A DNA stretch of 58,431 bases, the filler included, from Jimgerdemannia flammicorona (Eukaryota), in NCBI GenBank assembly GCA_003990765.1. It is 3 parts of 3 records of this genome, joined end to end, with 100 filler letters (N's around TTAATTAATTAA, not from the genome) between each part and the next. Parts side by side here need not be neighbours in the genome. Positions count along the whole stretch, not along the records: positions 1 to 19,415 come from RBNJ01001945.1; 2 more parts are not named here. One strand, 5' to 3'. Shown here piece by piece: positions 1-11,780 of the stretch. Under the pieces are notes generated by a model. It made no database searches. It was not told where the DNA came from and worked only from the letters and a program-made list of their open reading frames with translations. The position numbers and the translations under genes are program-made. The first letter of the stretch is position 1. The number at the start of each line of letters is the position of its first letter.

Positions 1-39
<39 letters not shown>

Positions 40-56
40 CATTCATTTTCAAACAG

Positions 57-589
57 GCGACAATGTCATTATTGGGAGTTACGACAAACGGTTATGTTGG
101 TTCGATATGGATTTGGGCGTAAAGCCGTACAGAACTCTCCGGTATGCCATTTATTTATCCGTTCACATACCCAATCCTATGAGATTATAGATTCACATTC
201 GCATTTATCTTTGCCACACATATATACCTAGCTATCACTCCCAAGCTATCCGTCAAGTTTCCTTCCACCGACGGTATCCGCTCTTTGCGTCATGCTCTGA
301 TGATGGCTCTTTACAGATCTTCCACGGAATGGTTTACTCGGATTTGCTGCAGAATCCGTTGATCGTACCTGTCAAAATTCTTAGGGGGCACGAAGTCGTG
401 AACAGTCTGGGTGAGCTTTAGTCATTCTTTTTAACTGGTGCAACGGGAATTAATAAGCAGCAAGCTCTTTTATACTAACAACCTCCCTGACTTTGGTGTG
501 CGACAGGTGTTCTTCACTGCGAATTCCACCCGACACAACCCTGGATATTCTCGAGCGGTGCGGACGGCAGCATCAAGTTATGGACATAA
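57..589 (+). CDS. ERB1: 3' end of ribosome biogenesis WD40 protein ERB1/BOP1 (5' part outside window); exons 57-141, 232-410, 507-589
   Basis: Splicing at GT-AG sites gives [115 protein letters not shown], the characteristic C-terminal WD40 repeats of BOP1/Erb1. Confidence 0.95.
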
Positions 590-845
590 GCGCATATTTT
601 GGGGCACACTGATGGTCTGGCATCGTAACGAGATTCGGTTTCAGATGAGGAACTGAGTGGGGCGTTCAAAGGGACGAGGACGGCTGTGGCGTCCGCAGAG
701 GGTTGTTGCTCAAACAATGTACAATTAGAAAACACAAAACACATAGAAATTGACTTATGACAATACACACAATCACGTTCACGTGATCATCGACATTTTC
801 TATAATTGCGCGCTTCCGTTGTCCAGAACCTCAGACCGAAGCATA

Positions 846-3800
846 ATGGATAGAACCCTGATCCTGCTCGACTGCCATCCGGTTGCTTTGGCTCAGGCAA
901 ATTGCCCACAGGAAATTGATTTGCCACCTTGTTCGTTGTGGACCTGCCTCGTCGAAGGCACCATCGAGTACTGCCGTGTTGTGTTGGATGTGTGCGCACC
1001 GGAAGCCGCGGTAAGCACCGTCGCCAACGCACTAGGCTTTATAATTCAAGAATTTAAGCCTAAACATGCTTGTTTAACGCATCGGGAGCCTATGCTTACA
1101 TATTTACATTCCTGGCAAAACTTGCTACTGTAGGTCTCTGTCCAAGCCGCCGGACTTCCGCCCTCTCGCAGCACATTAAACACCTGGGACGCATCAGAGC
1201 AATCGATCACGCAGGTAAATTGCTATTTGCTTCATCCAAAACTACATTTTTGGCGATTCTCTCCTGACCTTCCCAGAAAGATCCTATCTTCAATACTATG
1301 ATATACTTCATCTAACTACAGATTTTCAACGCCTTTGGTAACGTCTCCCCTCGTTCCGTCTCTCCTTCCCCTACGCGTCTTCCCTCGGCTCTTGAAACCG
1401 GGTTCGGGACCCTTGCCGAACGCGATCTCGAAGTCGTCGACACGGAGGATGCCTTGCCAACAAGAAAACAATGGAATCGTGGGAGGGTGGTTCTAGTTCT
1501 ATGGGCAAAGGCGCGCGACGAAGATGGCTACAGGTATGTGCCGTGCAGATGGACGAATTGTGCATATCTTTCATTTTGTCATCCAGTCGTTGAAATTTAT
1601 CGACTTGTTATAAATTTATTAAGCTACCGTGAAACTTTGAGCGACGCTAAAACCGACTTAAGAGTCATGATCTATCACGCGCTTGAAAAAGCGAGAAAAC
1701 CCAGGACTCCCGAATACGAGTAAGTGACTGGTACATTTGTAGATACATACATATTTTATCTTTTTAAATTGTTATCTACCAAACTCTAAAGCTAACTGGT
1801 TCTTCGCGCATTATGTTTCTCATTAGACCACTCCATCATGTCGAGGTCAACATTATACGAATCTATCCAGAGATCGCGTTGGATGAGAACCTCCCAGAAG
1901 ATCTGCCAATGCAGGAAGTATGTTACGCATGATTTTATTTTATTTTATTTTATTTTTTCTTGGTTTCCTTGTCCTGTTATCGAAGTACTAATTCACATAA
2001 ATACTTCTCTCGGCCAATGTTTGGGTAAAAATTTCAGATTTCTTCCCACGCTTCCCTCTCCATCCATAATATCCCCAACTCACGCACCAGCTTACCTACG
2101 GCGATGACCAATCTGGTGCAAAAACATCACCAGCTTGATATTATTCATATCACCGGCATCCCGATGAAGGTTCCCTTCTTCGTTTTTATTGAGTGGGCCT
2201 CTGCATCATCTCACTTGCTCAAACGCCGCTCTTATGCATCCTCCATCCGCAGAAAAAATCAGATACGACCCGCATCACTCACGACGTTACGCTCCTCTTC
2301 CCGGTCTCCGAGACGCATTTCATACAAGATCGCGCGGGACGATCGTCGAGCAACGCAATAACCCAAGGGCGGTTGCATTATACAACCCTTCTGGCGGACC
2401 GGGTGCGCCACGTTCGGTGGGTCAAACGGAAAAACGTGGATACAGGTATATTCATGGGAGAGCAAGTGTACGCTTGTTGGGGAGAGCCAAGTAAAATCGG
2501 GACAACGACTGGGTTAAAATGTGACGTATCTTGTTCGTGACTCGGAACCCTGTGAAAATTCGAACATTTAGATTCTCTGCCATGTCGATGCATGCATCCA
2601 ATCACGCCAGTCGATGTGCGTTACCGGCATTACTCTCTGCATGGGTTTGTCAAAAGGACACGCTTAACTGACATATTATATGGTTTGCGCAGGTAATGCA
2701 TCAACCGACAAGTGTCTTCATCAACCAAATCTTATCAGGTAGATTATGATACTTGACGCGATTGCAATTTTCGATTTCGCTTCTGTTGCATGCACTCAAA
2801 GCACTAAAGCCGGTCCTCGATGTCCTCTCAATTGATTTGAAATGCCACCGCTCAACATCAGGCGCCAACTACTTTCTTGCCCCCATTGACGATCCTGCAT
2901 CGATCGATGCCTCTCCGTCCAGCTCGATGGCAATTAAAGCGACACATGCACTGATTAATCACGATGGTGAGAACGCATTCTTCAATGATAATTGCGCGTA
3001 TTCCGGATTTCTTCGTCTGTCTTAAATTTTCCTTCTGCGGTAGGCGTGATATTCCTTCATTGCCTGGATGAAACTCTACAACTCGGGTTGGATGCGATAC
3101 CGAACGATGTGCTGCAGCTGATGAAAAAACGCGCAAACGGGGAGGGCGTGAGCAATGTGAAAATGCAGGTAGGGAGAGTTGAGTGGTTGGCCTTGAACTG
3201 TAGTTTTTAATGATCCGGTTTTGGTAGTAAATAACGTTAGCCAATTTACATTCATTGCGGTTACACTCTCGACCCCAGGAATTCATTGATTCTATCCTCA
3301 CCCCCAATATCCTCACACGCCTCCCTGATTCGCACCTGGGCCCCACATTTGCCCTTCCCGAACCTAACCGCCTGCGCACGATCGAACCCTTCCGATTCAC
3401 ACCCACGATACGTTCCCCTCACATGGGCGAAGCCGTGACCACGGCCAGTTTAGCGTGCGAGACGAAGTGGTGGAGTTGCATGCAGGTGTATGACGACGAG
3501 ATGGCTGGCAAAGGGAGGGTGGTGGAGGGAGGTTTTGGGAGCGCGGTGGTGAGTAGATGCGAGAATGGAATGGGATTTATAATCGAGTTGCCTCGATTCC
3601 AATTTGTGTAATCTTGTCGAGATGTCTAAGTTACTTTCGGCTCATCCAATTCTCTGCCAATGGATTTCATAGGGCCTTATTGCCGACCTTTTTGAGGAGC
3701 TCAAGCAAGTGATGGTGGCGGATGACATTCCCGTTGGCAGCAACCACAATAAGTTGATACATCTAGTGAGCGGACTGATTTGTATTTTGGAATGCTGCGA

Positions 3801-5185
3801 ATGGTTTATGTTTTTTATCGGGGCTGAACTAACACTTCGGTCCAATTTCTATCAGATGATAGACAAACTCGCAACGGCCGCGACCACGGGCGATGGGGGT
3901 GGCCTGTTTCCAAAGACGATCGAGAGGAACAACGTGAGGTGAGTCTGGTGTTGTTAGATGCGTCAAATCTTAAAGGAAGATGGTAGCCAGAGAGTTGTGT
4001 AGTCGAACAATGTTTTTGAAGCGAGTGCGATTCCGAATTCGTGATTATAGGACAATGGCAACCCGATTACTGAAATCGTTGTATTTGATTGGCAAGCGGT
4101 TTCGAGTAACCTCGGATGGACATCGAGAGGTGCTTAACAAGTTTTTAATCTCTTTTGTGGAACTTGCGAGGCGCGATATTCAGAGGCACTCCATTGAGCA
4201 GATTACACTAAGCGCACCCCACCTTCCGTAGCTTTGCACATTTATTTTATCGCAAGTTGACTCTCTCGGCATAGTCACGACCGCGGATGCAACTACCCAA
4301 ACCCCGCCACCAGTAGACCTTGCTACCACACGAACACAGCCACAATCGGGCACGGAAGCCGCTTGGCAGCAGGTTCAAAAGTTTGAGAACATGACGTTAC
4401 GTGAACGGCAGGATTATCTAGAGCAGGACGATGTAAAAGAGATGGTTATGGATAGCGGAGGCGTTGCTGGCAACGGGACTCTCAATCGTCCTCCACAACC
4501 GATGATCAAAACCGAACCAACCTCGTCTAGCATCCCCACCGCGTTTCACCAACAACTCCTGCCCTTCCTCACGCACGCACCGCCTCCGTCACGACCCTAC
4601 TCAGGTCCACCGCGGTATCTGCGGGGCGCTCGTGCTGGTGCCGCCTTCAACCCCAATTTTCGCGGCGCCCCGTCCAGGTCCGGCACGTTGGGTTCTACTA
4701 TTCCAGCGAACCCCGAGGAAACCGGATCAAAGTATCCGGATCACATGGTGGCTAAACCCTACCTTCACCTTGTACACCCGACACATGCGCAACTGGATCA
4801 GGAGCGGATAAAGGAAGAAGATCGCTTCGGTGATCCAGCAGCGTTATTGTGGCAGTATTGGATGGGCGGGAGGGGAAAGCGCGCTACGGGAGAGCTAGGG
4901 GAAATTGGAGAGGGAGAGGATATGCAAGTGGCTGAGGAGGACCTGATACCGACTGTGGTGCGAGTGGAGGTTGGAAGGGATGGTAGACGTATAATGAAAA
5001 GGGTGAGAAAGGAGTTTGATGGAAGGATGCCGGTGGAAGATTGGCAGCAGGAGATGGAGCTTGAAGGAGAGAGAGAGAGAGAGAAAGAGAGGGGGGGACT
5101 GGAGAGAGATAGAGCGGAGAGGTGGAGGGGGAGGGGGAGAGGGAGGAGGGGTAGAGAACGAGAACGAGATGCCGAAGCAATGTAA
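846..5185 (+). CDS. INTS13: Multi-exon Integrator complex subunit 13 (Asunder/Mat89Bb family) homologue; first exons 846-1010, 1134-1214, 1322-1533; internal exon boundaries not all resolved; last exon ends 5185
   Basis: Collinear motifs resembling metazoan Asunder as recalled: SLWTCLVEGTIEYCRVVLDV (cf. SLWTCSVESSMEYCRIMYDI), LNTWDASEQ (cf. LNSWTQEDQ), NRGRVVLV, ITPVDV, THALINHDG..IFLHCL, C-terminal RKEFDGR (cf. EFAGR). GT-AG introns, CpG-rich. Confidence 0.8.
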
Positions 5186-5315
5186 GATGTTTTGTTGTTT
5201 AATCACATTTGAAACATTGTTTGGTGTTGTATTACTTGGTTTGCTAAATATATATGTGAGAATCCAGGGTTGGCGGTGCATTAGAGAAGTTGTAAATTAC
5301 AGGATGATGCACTTG

Positions 5316-5317
<2 letters not shown>

Positions 5318-5362
<45 letters not shown>

Positions 5363-5388
5363 GTCACTTGGACTCTTCCTTTATTACA
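5318..5388 (-). mobile_element. 71-bp 5'-truncated poly(A) retro-insertion with 15-bp target-site duplication
   Basis: GATGATGCACTTGTC at 5303-5317 and 5389-5403 flanks a T-run plus ~29 nt; the minus strand reads TGTAATAAAGGAAGAGTCCAAGTGACTAT-A(n), with an AATAAA signal. Confidence 0.8.
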
Positions 5389-5535
5389 GATGATGCACTT
5401 GTCAGACAAATTGAATTGTGATCTAAAACAAATACTATATGTGGCTGTTCAGAGTATTAATAATATAGTTTAAAATCCCATTAGTATATTAGTATTAAAT
5501 ATAATTTAAATATAAATAATAAGCTCAATAAATAC

Positions 5536-6420
5536 TTTTTTTTTTTGTTTAATGGACTTAGTTTTGCAGATTTTTATTGGAAGGGAATTTAGGTGCAATA
5601 GGGTAAAATTGCCTACACCTCATTTTGTATATTATGCTCTCTCTACTACTAGAGAACAAGCAACCATATGCTAACAATTAAAGATATATCCAAAACTTCA
5701 ATGTATATATAAGGCCATATCTGAGCTAAATAGAATAGTTCCTACTACTTTAAGTAGAGTAATAGATAAAGAAAACTCTCTCTCAAAGTACAGAATAGTA
5801 GATAGGACCTGGTTCTCTCTAATAAGGTAAGTAGAGAACTTATATATAAGGTGGAAGAAGACCTCCTACTCTACTACTCAAGTCTGTGGGTCTTAATTAT
5901 ATTACTATATCAGCTTTTAGTTCTAGTTGAGTATAGCTAAGACATCTGATCCAGGTAGCCCTGGGCCCTCTGATTACCTCTAATGACTGAAACCCAACTC
6001 TATATATTACCAAAAATAGCTGAGAGTGATATTTACTATCTAACTATTCTGCACCAATCAAAAGACTCTACTAATACAGTATCTACTCTAGTTCTAATAA
6101 CTACTCTCAGTCTGATATTCTACTGGTTTACTATTATTACTCTTTCTTTTATCTATAATAGCTATCTTTCCTCTTACTCAAAAAACAATCATATATATCA
6201 GTATCACACTTATCAGAAAGCTTACCAAAGCTCAGAGGGCTCTATTATAGATACTGAGAACCTACAGATAATATATATTAACACTTAATGCTCAAGATCA
6301 ACCAATATTCTATAGTTTATAATATACTAAGATAATATCTTATTAATAATAGTAAAAGAAAAAAGATACTACATATTAAAATAAGTATATCTCAGATATA
6401 TGTAGCCAGAGGTAGTACTT
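5536..6420 (-). mobile_element. Heavily mutated 3' end of the poly(A) retroelement family also seen at 14310-15520 and 19516-19687 (distal boundary approximate)
   Basis: T-run followed by AATGGACTTAG..TTTTATTGGAAGGGAATTTAG matches AATGGACTCAAG..TTTTATTGGAAGGGAACCTAG at ~14334-14375; CCAATCAAAAG is also shared further in. Confidence 0.55.
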
Positions 6421-7422
6421 TAAATAGATACAATTTATCCAGATAAGATTTAATTCAGATTTGTCATATGATAGATTCAAATTAACTCAGATTGATCTAG
6501 ATTAATCCAGATTACTTAAAATCTTTGGTAATATATATCATCCTTTCTTTATCTTTAGTGATATTATTCTTTTTTTGTTTTCTCTTTCTTTATTCTCTCT
6601 TTCTTATTCTTTTTTTCTTTATTCTCTTTAATGCTTCTTTTTATTTCTCTTATTACATTATGAATAAATAAATAGCAGTCCTTAATCATATATTAGTCTA
6701 CTCATTTTTTTATCTAATAATCATTAAAAAAAAAAATATTTGAGATGGGAATGTACTCTCTACTAATAATGTTAAATTCTTTCTCATATAGACAGCATAC
6801 AAACTACTCATTGAGAGCCAAAATAGTAATGGTAATAGTAATAATAATAATGATAGTGATGAGAATGAGAGAGAATTTTGACAGTAACTTATGATAATTC
6901 TTCAGACCTCAGAATTCATAGACCTCATAGCTATATATATAGTAGTCTTTTTAGAGCAGCTGATAGTAGATATAGATTGTCTTTTCACTACTATATTTAA
7001 ATTCCCACAGTATGACCAAGCTCATTTTGTACTGTTTCTCTTTTTCTTATAGTCTACAGCTCTATAACAAGATCTATTGACTTTATTTATAACATCTAGT
7101 CAAGATAAAGAAAGACTAGAGAATATTGTAAAGTATATCTTTAGTGGCTGAGCTGTTAAGTCAATGTATTGTATAGTAGAGATCTCAAAAAGATCAAAAG
7201 TAAGCCTTTATGAGCAATTTTGTACAACTCATTTATATATAACTCATCTGTATATAACTCATTCTCATGCTCTTTTCTAAATACTTACTCTATATTTTAT
7301 TTAACTTTATTTTTATATATTCTTCTCTAAAAACTCTCAAATAATACTTACATATAATCTATTCATATACTTAACTTGGCCCACTACACAGATCAAGACT
7401 CAGTTTTACTATAGAGGAGAAT

Positions 7423-9346
7423 TATAAGTACATAACCTCCAAGCCACTGAAATCACATGTGACCTCTGAACAAATCTGGAAACCATCTGCTTGATCATGA
7501 AGCTGAGTCAAACCAAAGTCACAGTATACAAAGCTGAGTCAATATGAAGTTACAGAACACAAGATTCACATAAATGGAATCTTACCAATTAGGACCAAAT
7601 ATATATATACTGAGCACTGAGATGCATCAAAACAGAGAACCAAAATAAATAACAACCACAACTCCCAACATACAAACATAACCACTGAGATCTACAACTG
7701 TATCTGTACTGATATTTGGAATGCTATTGTCAACCGAGCCATACCCCCTCTACCCCTCATGAATATCCATAGTCTAGCACCTCTTTACTTTATAAAAGCC
7801 TGATAGAATACTCTGAACATGCTTAACAAGGTCCACCAAATTGGACAAATCTCAAGCTACTATCAGATCAGCCGCCTCCTGGAAGATTTAGTTGAACATC
7901 ATCATGATACAGATATTACTCAGATGTCTCAACATCAGAAGCTCATCACCTGCAAACATCGAGAACTCTTCTATAAGTATAGCACTGTTATTCCCCACCT
8001 CCAAGTTACTATAGCTGAAATGGTTGCTATCCTGTCCTATTGCCAAATCGATGACATGATACAAGAACTCAACCACAAGTATCTTGAGTATATTAAAACC
8101 ACAGACAGAACCTTCCCACACCCCAATGATCATATCCTACAAATGCCCCAAGTTGGATATACCATGAAGGACATCTATAATATAATCCACTTCGATGAAG
8201 ATAAAGCAGAAGACAATGATCCCTCCAACACCAACATGACCCCAAGCCAAGGATCCCTGCCAACACTAATTATACCATCAATCTTGTCAATGAACTTATA
8301 ATAGTTCATAACCACATACAAGACTTATTGGGACAATGACTACTAGTATGAATACCAACCTGCATTCACCCCCAATTACTTTAACTAGAATGAAGAGACC
8401 GGAGAATACAACCTATACCTCCAGACAACCCTTGAGATTGAACCAACCTATCCACCACTCAAATATGAGCAATATGAACTATAGCCACCAGCTTACTATA
8501 ACCCCATAACTAATAGTACTGTAACCTATAGAAGACGAAGTTCCAATGTATTATTATCTCAGTGAACAAGGAGAAGTAATCCATGAACCACTCTTCCTAG
8601 ATGACTACTTCATCAGAGATGATACAATCAATGGTGATATCATCGAGAACTATCCAGACAGTGTCTAAACCTATAAATAGCCTAGCAGTCATAGTATAGT
8701 TAGATTAGCCTTGTACGACATGACTGTGAACTGACTCAGCAGTCAGACGATCTCTTAATATGTCAGATCACACTTGTACTATATGATTGCATTCTGACTC
8801 AGCAAAGCACTTAAGTGCTATATTCATATCTAGCATAGTCCAGATAGCCCCCCACTAGTATAAATACCCTCTCCCCCAGACCTCAGAATCTCAGACTTGA
8901 ACACTTGAACAATCCAAACACAACTCCTGAGCACTTCTCTACAAATATCTCTTCACATAACTACTCCTAATATAGCAATATCATGAATAGCAAATAAACC
9001 TATTTAATAACCCACAAAACTACTCTTAAGTAAATCTACTCCCCATTAGGTCCCACTCCTAACCCCATTACGAAATCTCCTAATTGGGTATTGTCTGCAG
9101 CAATATGCCAATTCAACTAAGCTGATCTTAGTTTTTTGAACTTCCTGAAATATGAAAAATCCTGAACATCCAGAACTAGTCTGAAAAAGGACTTTGGTTG
9201 AGACATCAACTCAATCTTGAAATCAATAAGCATAGAGGATGTACTCCATATGAAATTGATCTTGACCATAAGAAAACAGTCTTCCAGAATATCCAGAACT
9301 TCCCCAGAACTACATAATGGTTACCCTGAAAAACAACCCTCTTACA
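7423..9346 (+). repeat. 5' LTR of copy A; contains degenerate LTR-ORF 7678-8668
   Basis: Starts TATAAG (mutated TGTAAG) and ends CTTACA, followed by ACTTGGTAG (PBS-like TGG). TATAAA at 8859-8864, AATAAA at ~8993. Aligns with 17089-19031. Confidence 0.9.
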
Positions 9347-11372
9347 ACTTGGTAGTAGTAGTTTACAATCCAATTCTGCTTCAAGACACTTCCTCACCCT
9401 GCTACAAATCCCTCTGTGAATTCCTACAAGTTGGTATAAAGCCCAACCTCTGAACTGGAATTTATCTTGAACTATCTGACAATCTGGAGAGAATTGAACC
9501 TAACGTACAAGGACAATTTGACCTCCATACTTGCAACAAGTGAGACAAACTTCATTCAAAGAAAGAAGTACTCTGATTAAATCAGCAAATAGGCAAAACC
9601 CTATTCACTGAACTCCTTACACTACACCCAGCAAGTCAAGATGAAGAAGGTCTTATTGAAGCCTTCTTTACTCTTCTCAACAAGAGTTTTGTTAGCTCTA
9701 CAAATCTGAGTGACCTAGGACAACCAGCAGCAGTCTTTCTAGCCTTAGTTCCTCATGAAGCCCAAGCCTCTGTAGCCAAGTGGCTCAACTCTACTGACTT
9801 TTACCATACCAGGACCAAGACCGCATTATACTACCGATTCCAGAACAGCAAGACCTGCTATATTCTTAAAGAAGAAGCAAGAGAAACTCTTCATCAACTA
9901 CCTGACCCAAACCTAAAGCAGGCCCTGCTACAGCCCTACCTGAATCTGAAACCAATACTGAACCTGAACTTGACTTTGAATTAAGTCCATCTGAAATCAG
10001 ATATATAACTGATTTCATCTACTTCAATGCCAAGCAAACCCAATTACACAGGGACCAAACCGAAGAAGAGGAGGAGTATCTCAGTGAATTCAATCCCAGA
10101 TATACTACTGAAGGAGAAGTACCTCTATCAGGACAGAATACACCTACATAGCAACAAACAGTTATCTATCAAGCTCTCACTCCAGACCTACAACTACTAC
10201 TCCAGCAACTTATACAGACCCAAAGAACCCCATCACACTCTGTACTAGTACCTCAAGTAGTACCAGTAACACCACTACCAGCAGTCCAACTGCCTCCAGT
10301 AAACAATATGGCAAACCAACAGATTCTTGATCTTACAGCCCAAGTAGCTATAATGGCAGCAACCATTACTGCATTAGCTGAACAGACCCGACCCACCAAA
10401 AATCTGAGCCTACCTACCTTCAATGATACTGCACAAGAAGTCCAAAGCTTCATTAGTGTAGTTGATACCAACTTTGAAGCCAATCAATGGACCAATGAGT
10501 GAGTTGCTGACCACATTCTGACAAACAATCAAGACCACACTCTGGAACAACTCTTTGCTATCACTACAGCCTATGTTCACTGAGTTATTACATTCTTCCA
10601 AGGACCTGCCGAAGAATGGTGGTGAACCCTTCCTGAAAAACCCCTTACATGGGATACTTGACCTACAGTAGTTACTCAGAATGCAGCAAACAATACCTCA
10701 GGATATGGAGCCCATCCTGCAGCCCCTAGACTCAAACAACTCATGATTGCTCAATACTGCAGTGAAACCATGATTGCTGAATCTCGAGTAAAACTCTGCA
10801 ACCTCAAATTTGATATATATGGCAAAGAAGAATTTGAAACCTTCTGTACAAAACTCGAGTTACTCCTGAACACTGTTGGCCTAGGATATATCACCAATGA
10901 TGAAGCATGAAATGGTATAAGAGCAGACCATTTATTTGATGCCCTGCCTGAATGGCTTACTAGAAAAATCCGAGAACAAGGCCACCCAGTTGGTTGTGAT
11001 CACCAATAATGGTGCCTGACAAGAATCAAGACTATGGTCAAGTGAATCCTAACAGCTGGACCAATGCTGCCCCAAAGACAATTCAATAACAAGGAAAAGA
11101 CTTGGACCAAGAAAGAAGAACCCAAGCATGAAGCATCCCAAGCTCCCTCCATATCCACCTCTTGGACACCTAGAAATCATGAACCCACCCAGCCAAGCAC
11201 CTTCAAAAAACTCACTGAAGGCAAAAGGAATGAACTTCGAAGAAGTGGAGCATATTTCTATTGTCAAAAGACAGGACATATAGCCAGTGCCTGCCCTAAC
11301 TGAAAACCCCAAACAGCAATACAAGCAACTGTTACCACTCTGCACCACCTCAACAACCTGACCACCAGAACA

Positions 11373-11780
11373 CTGGACTTTGTCAAGTTAAGACAAACTG
11401 CTAAGACCCCAATCAAAGGAAGTCAAAAAGCAGCTGAATATGACCTGTATGCAGCCAAAGAAGCTACAGTTTCCAACCGAGAAGTCAAACAAGTCTATAT
11501 AGGAATCAGTATCCAAATTCCTGAAGGACATGTTGGAAGAATATACTGTCGCAGTAGCCTAGCATTAAAAGGACTCTCAGTAGAAAGAAGAGTTATCGAC
11601 AAAGATTACACAGGTGAAATTATTGTCCTTATCCGAAACCATAGTTGAACACCCTTCAAGATCCCTATAGGTTTCTGCATTGCCCAGATTCTATTTGAAA
11701 AAATCGAGTCAACTCTGATAGTCAAGGAAGTCCCTGAACTACTGCTTACTATCCAAGGATCCAAAGGATTTGGCTCATTG
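11373..11780 (+). pseudogene. Trimeric dUTPase domain inside the polyprotein, between nucleocapsid zinc knuckle and protease
   Basis: All five dUTPase motifs are readable in the Gag frame: AAEYDL, CRSSLA, VIDKDYTGEI, IAQILF, GSKGFGS. Also present in copy B at ~24985-25395 (minus). Confidence 0.92.

Noticed and set aside
5063..5170. GA-rich microsatellite-like run
   Set aside because: It encodes the E/R/G-rich C-terminal tail of the INTS13 homologue; not a separate element.
9347..9366. Assignment of the primer-binding site to a specific tRNA
   Set aside because: Copy A reads TGGTAGTAGTAG and copy B TAGTGTCAGCAG; too degenerate to name a tRNA.
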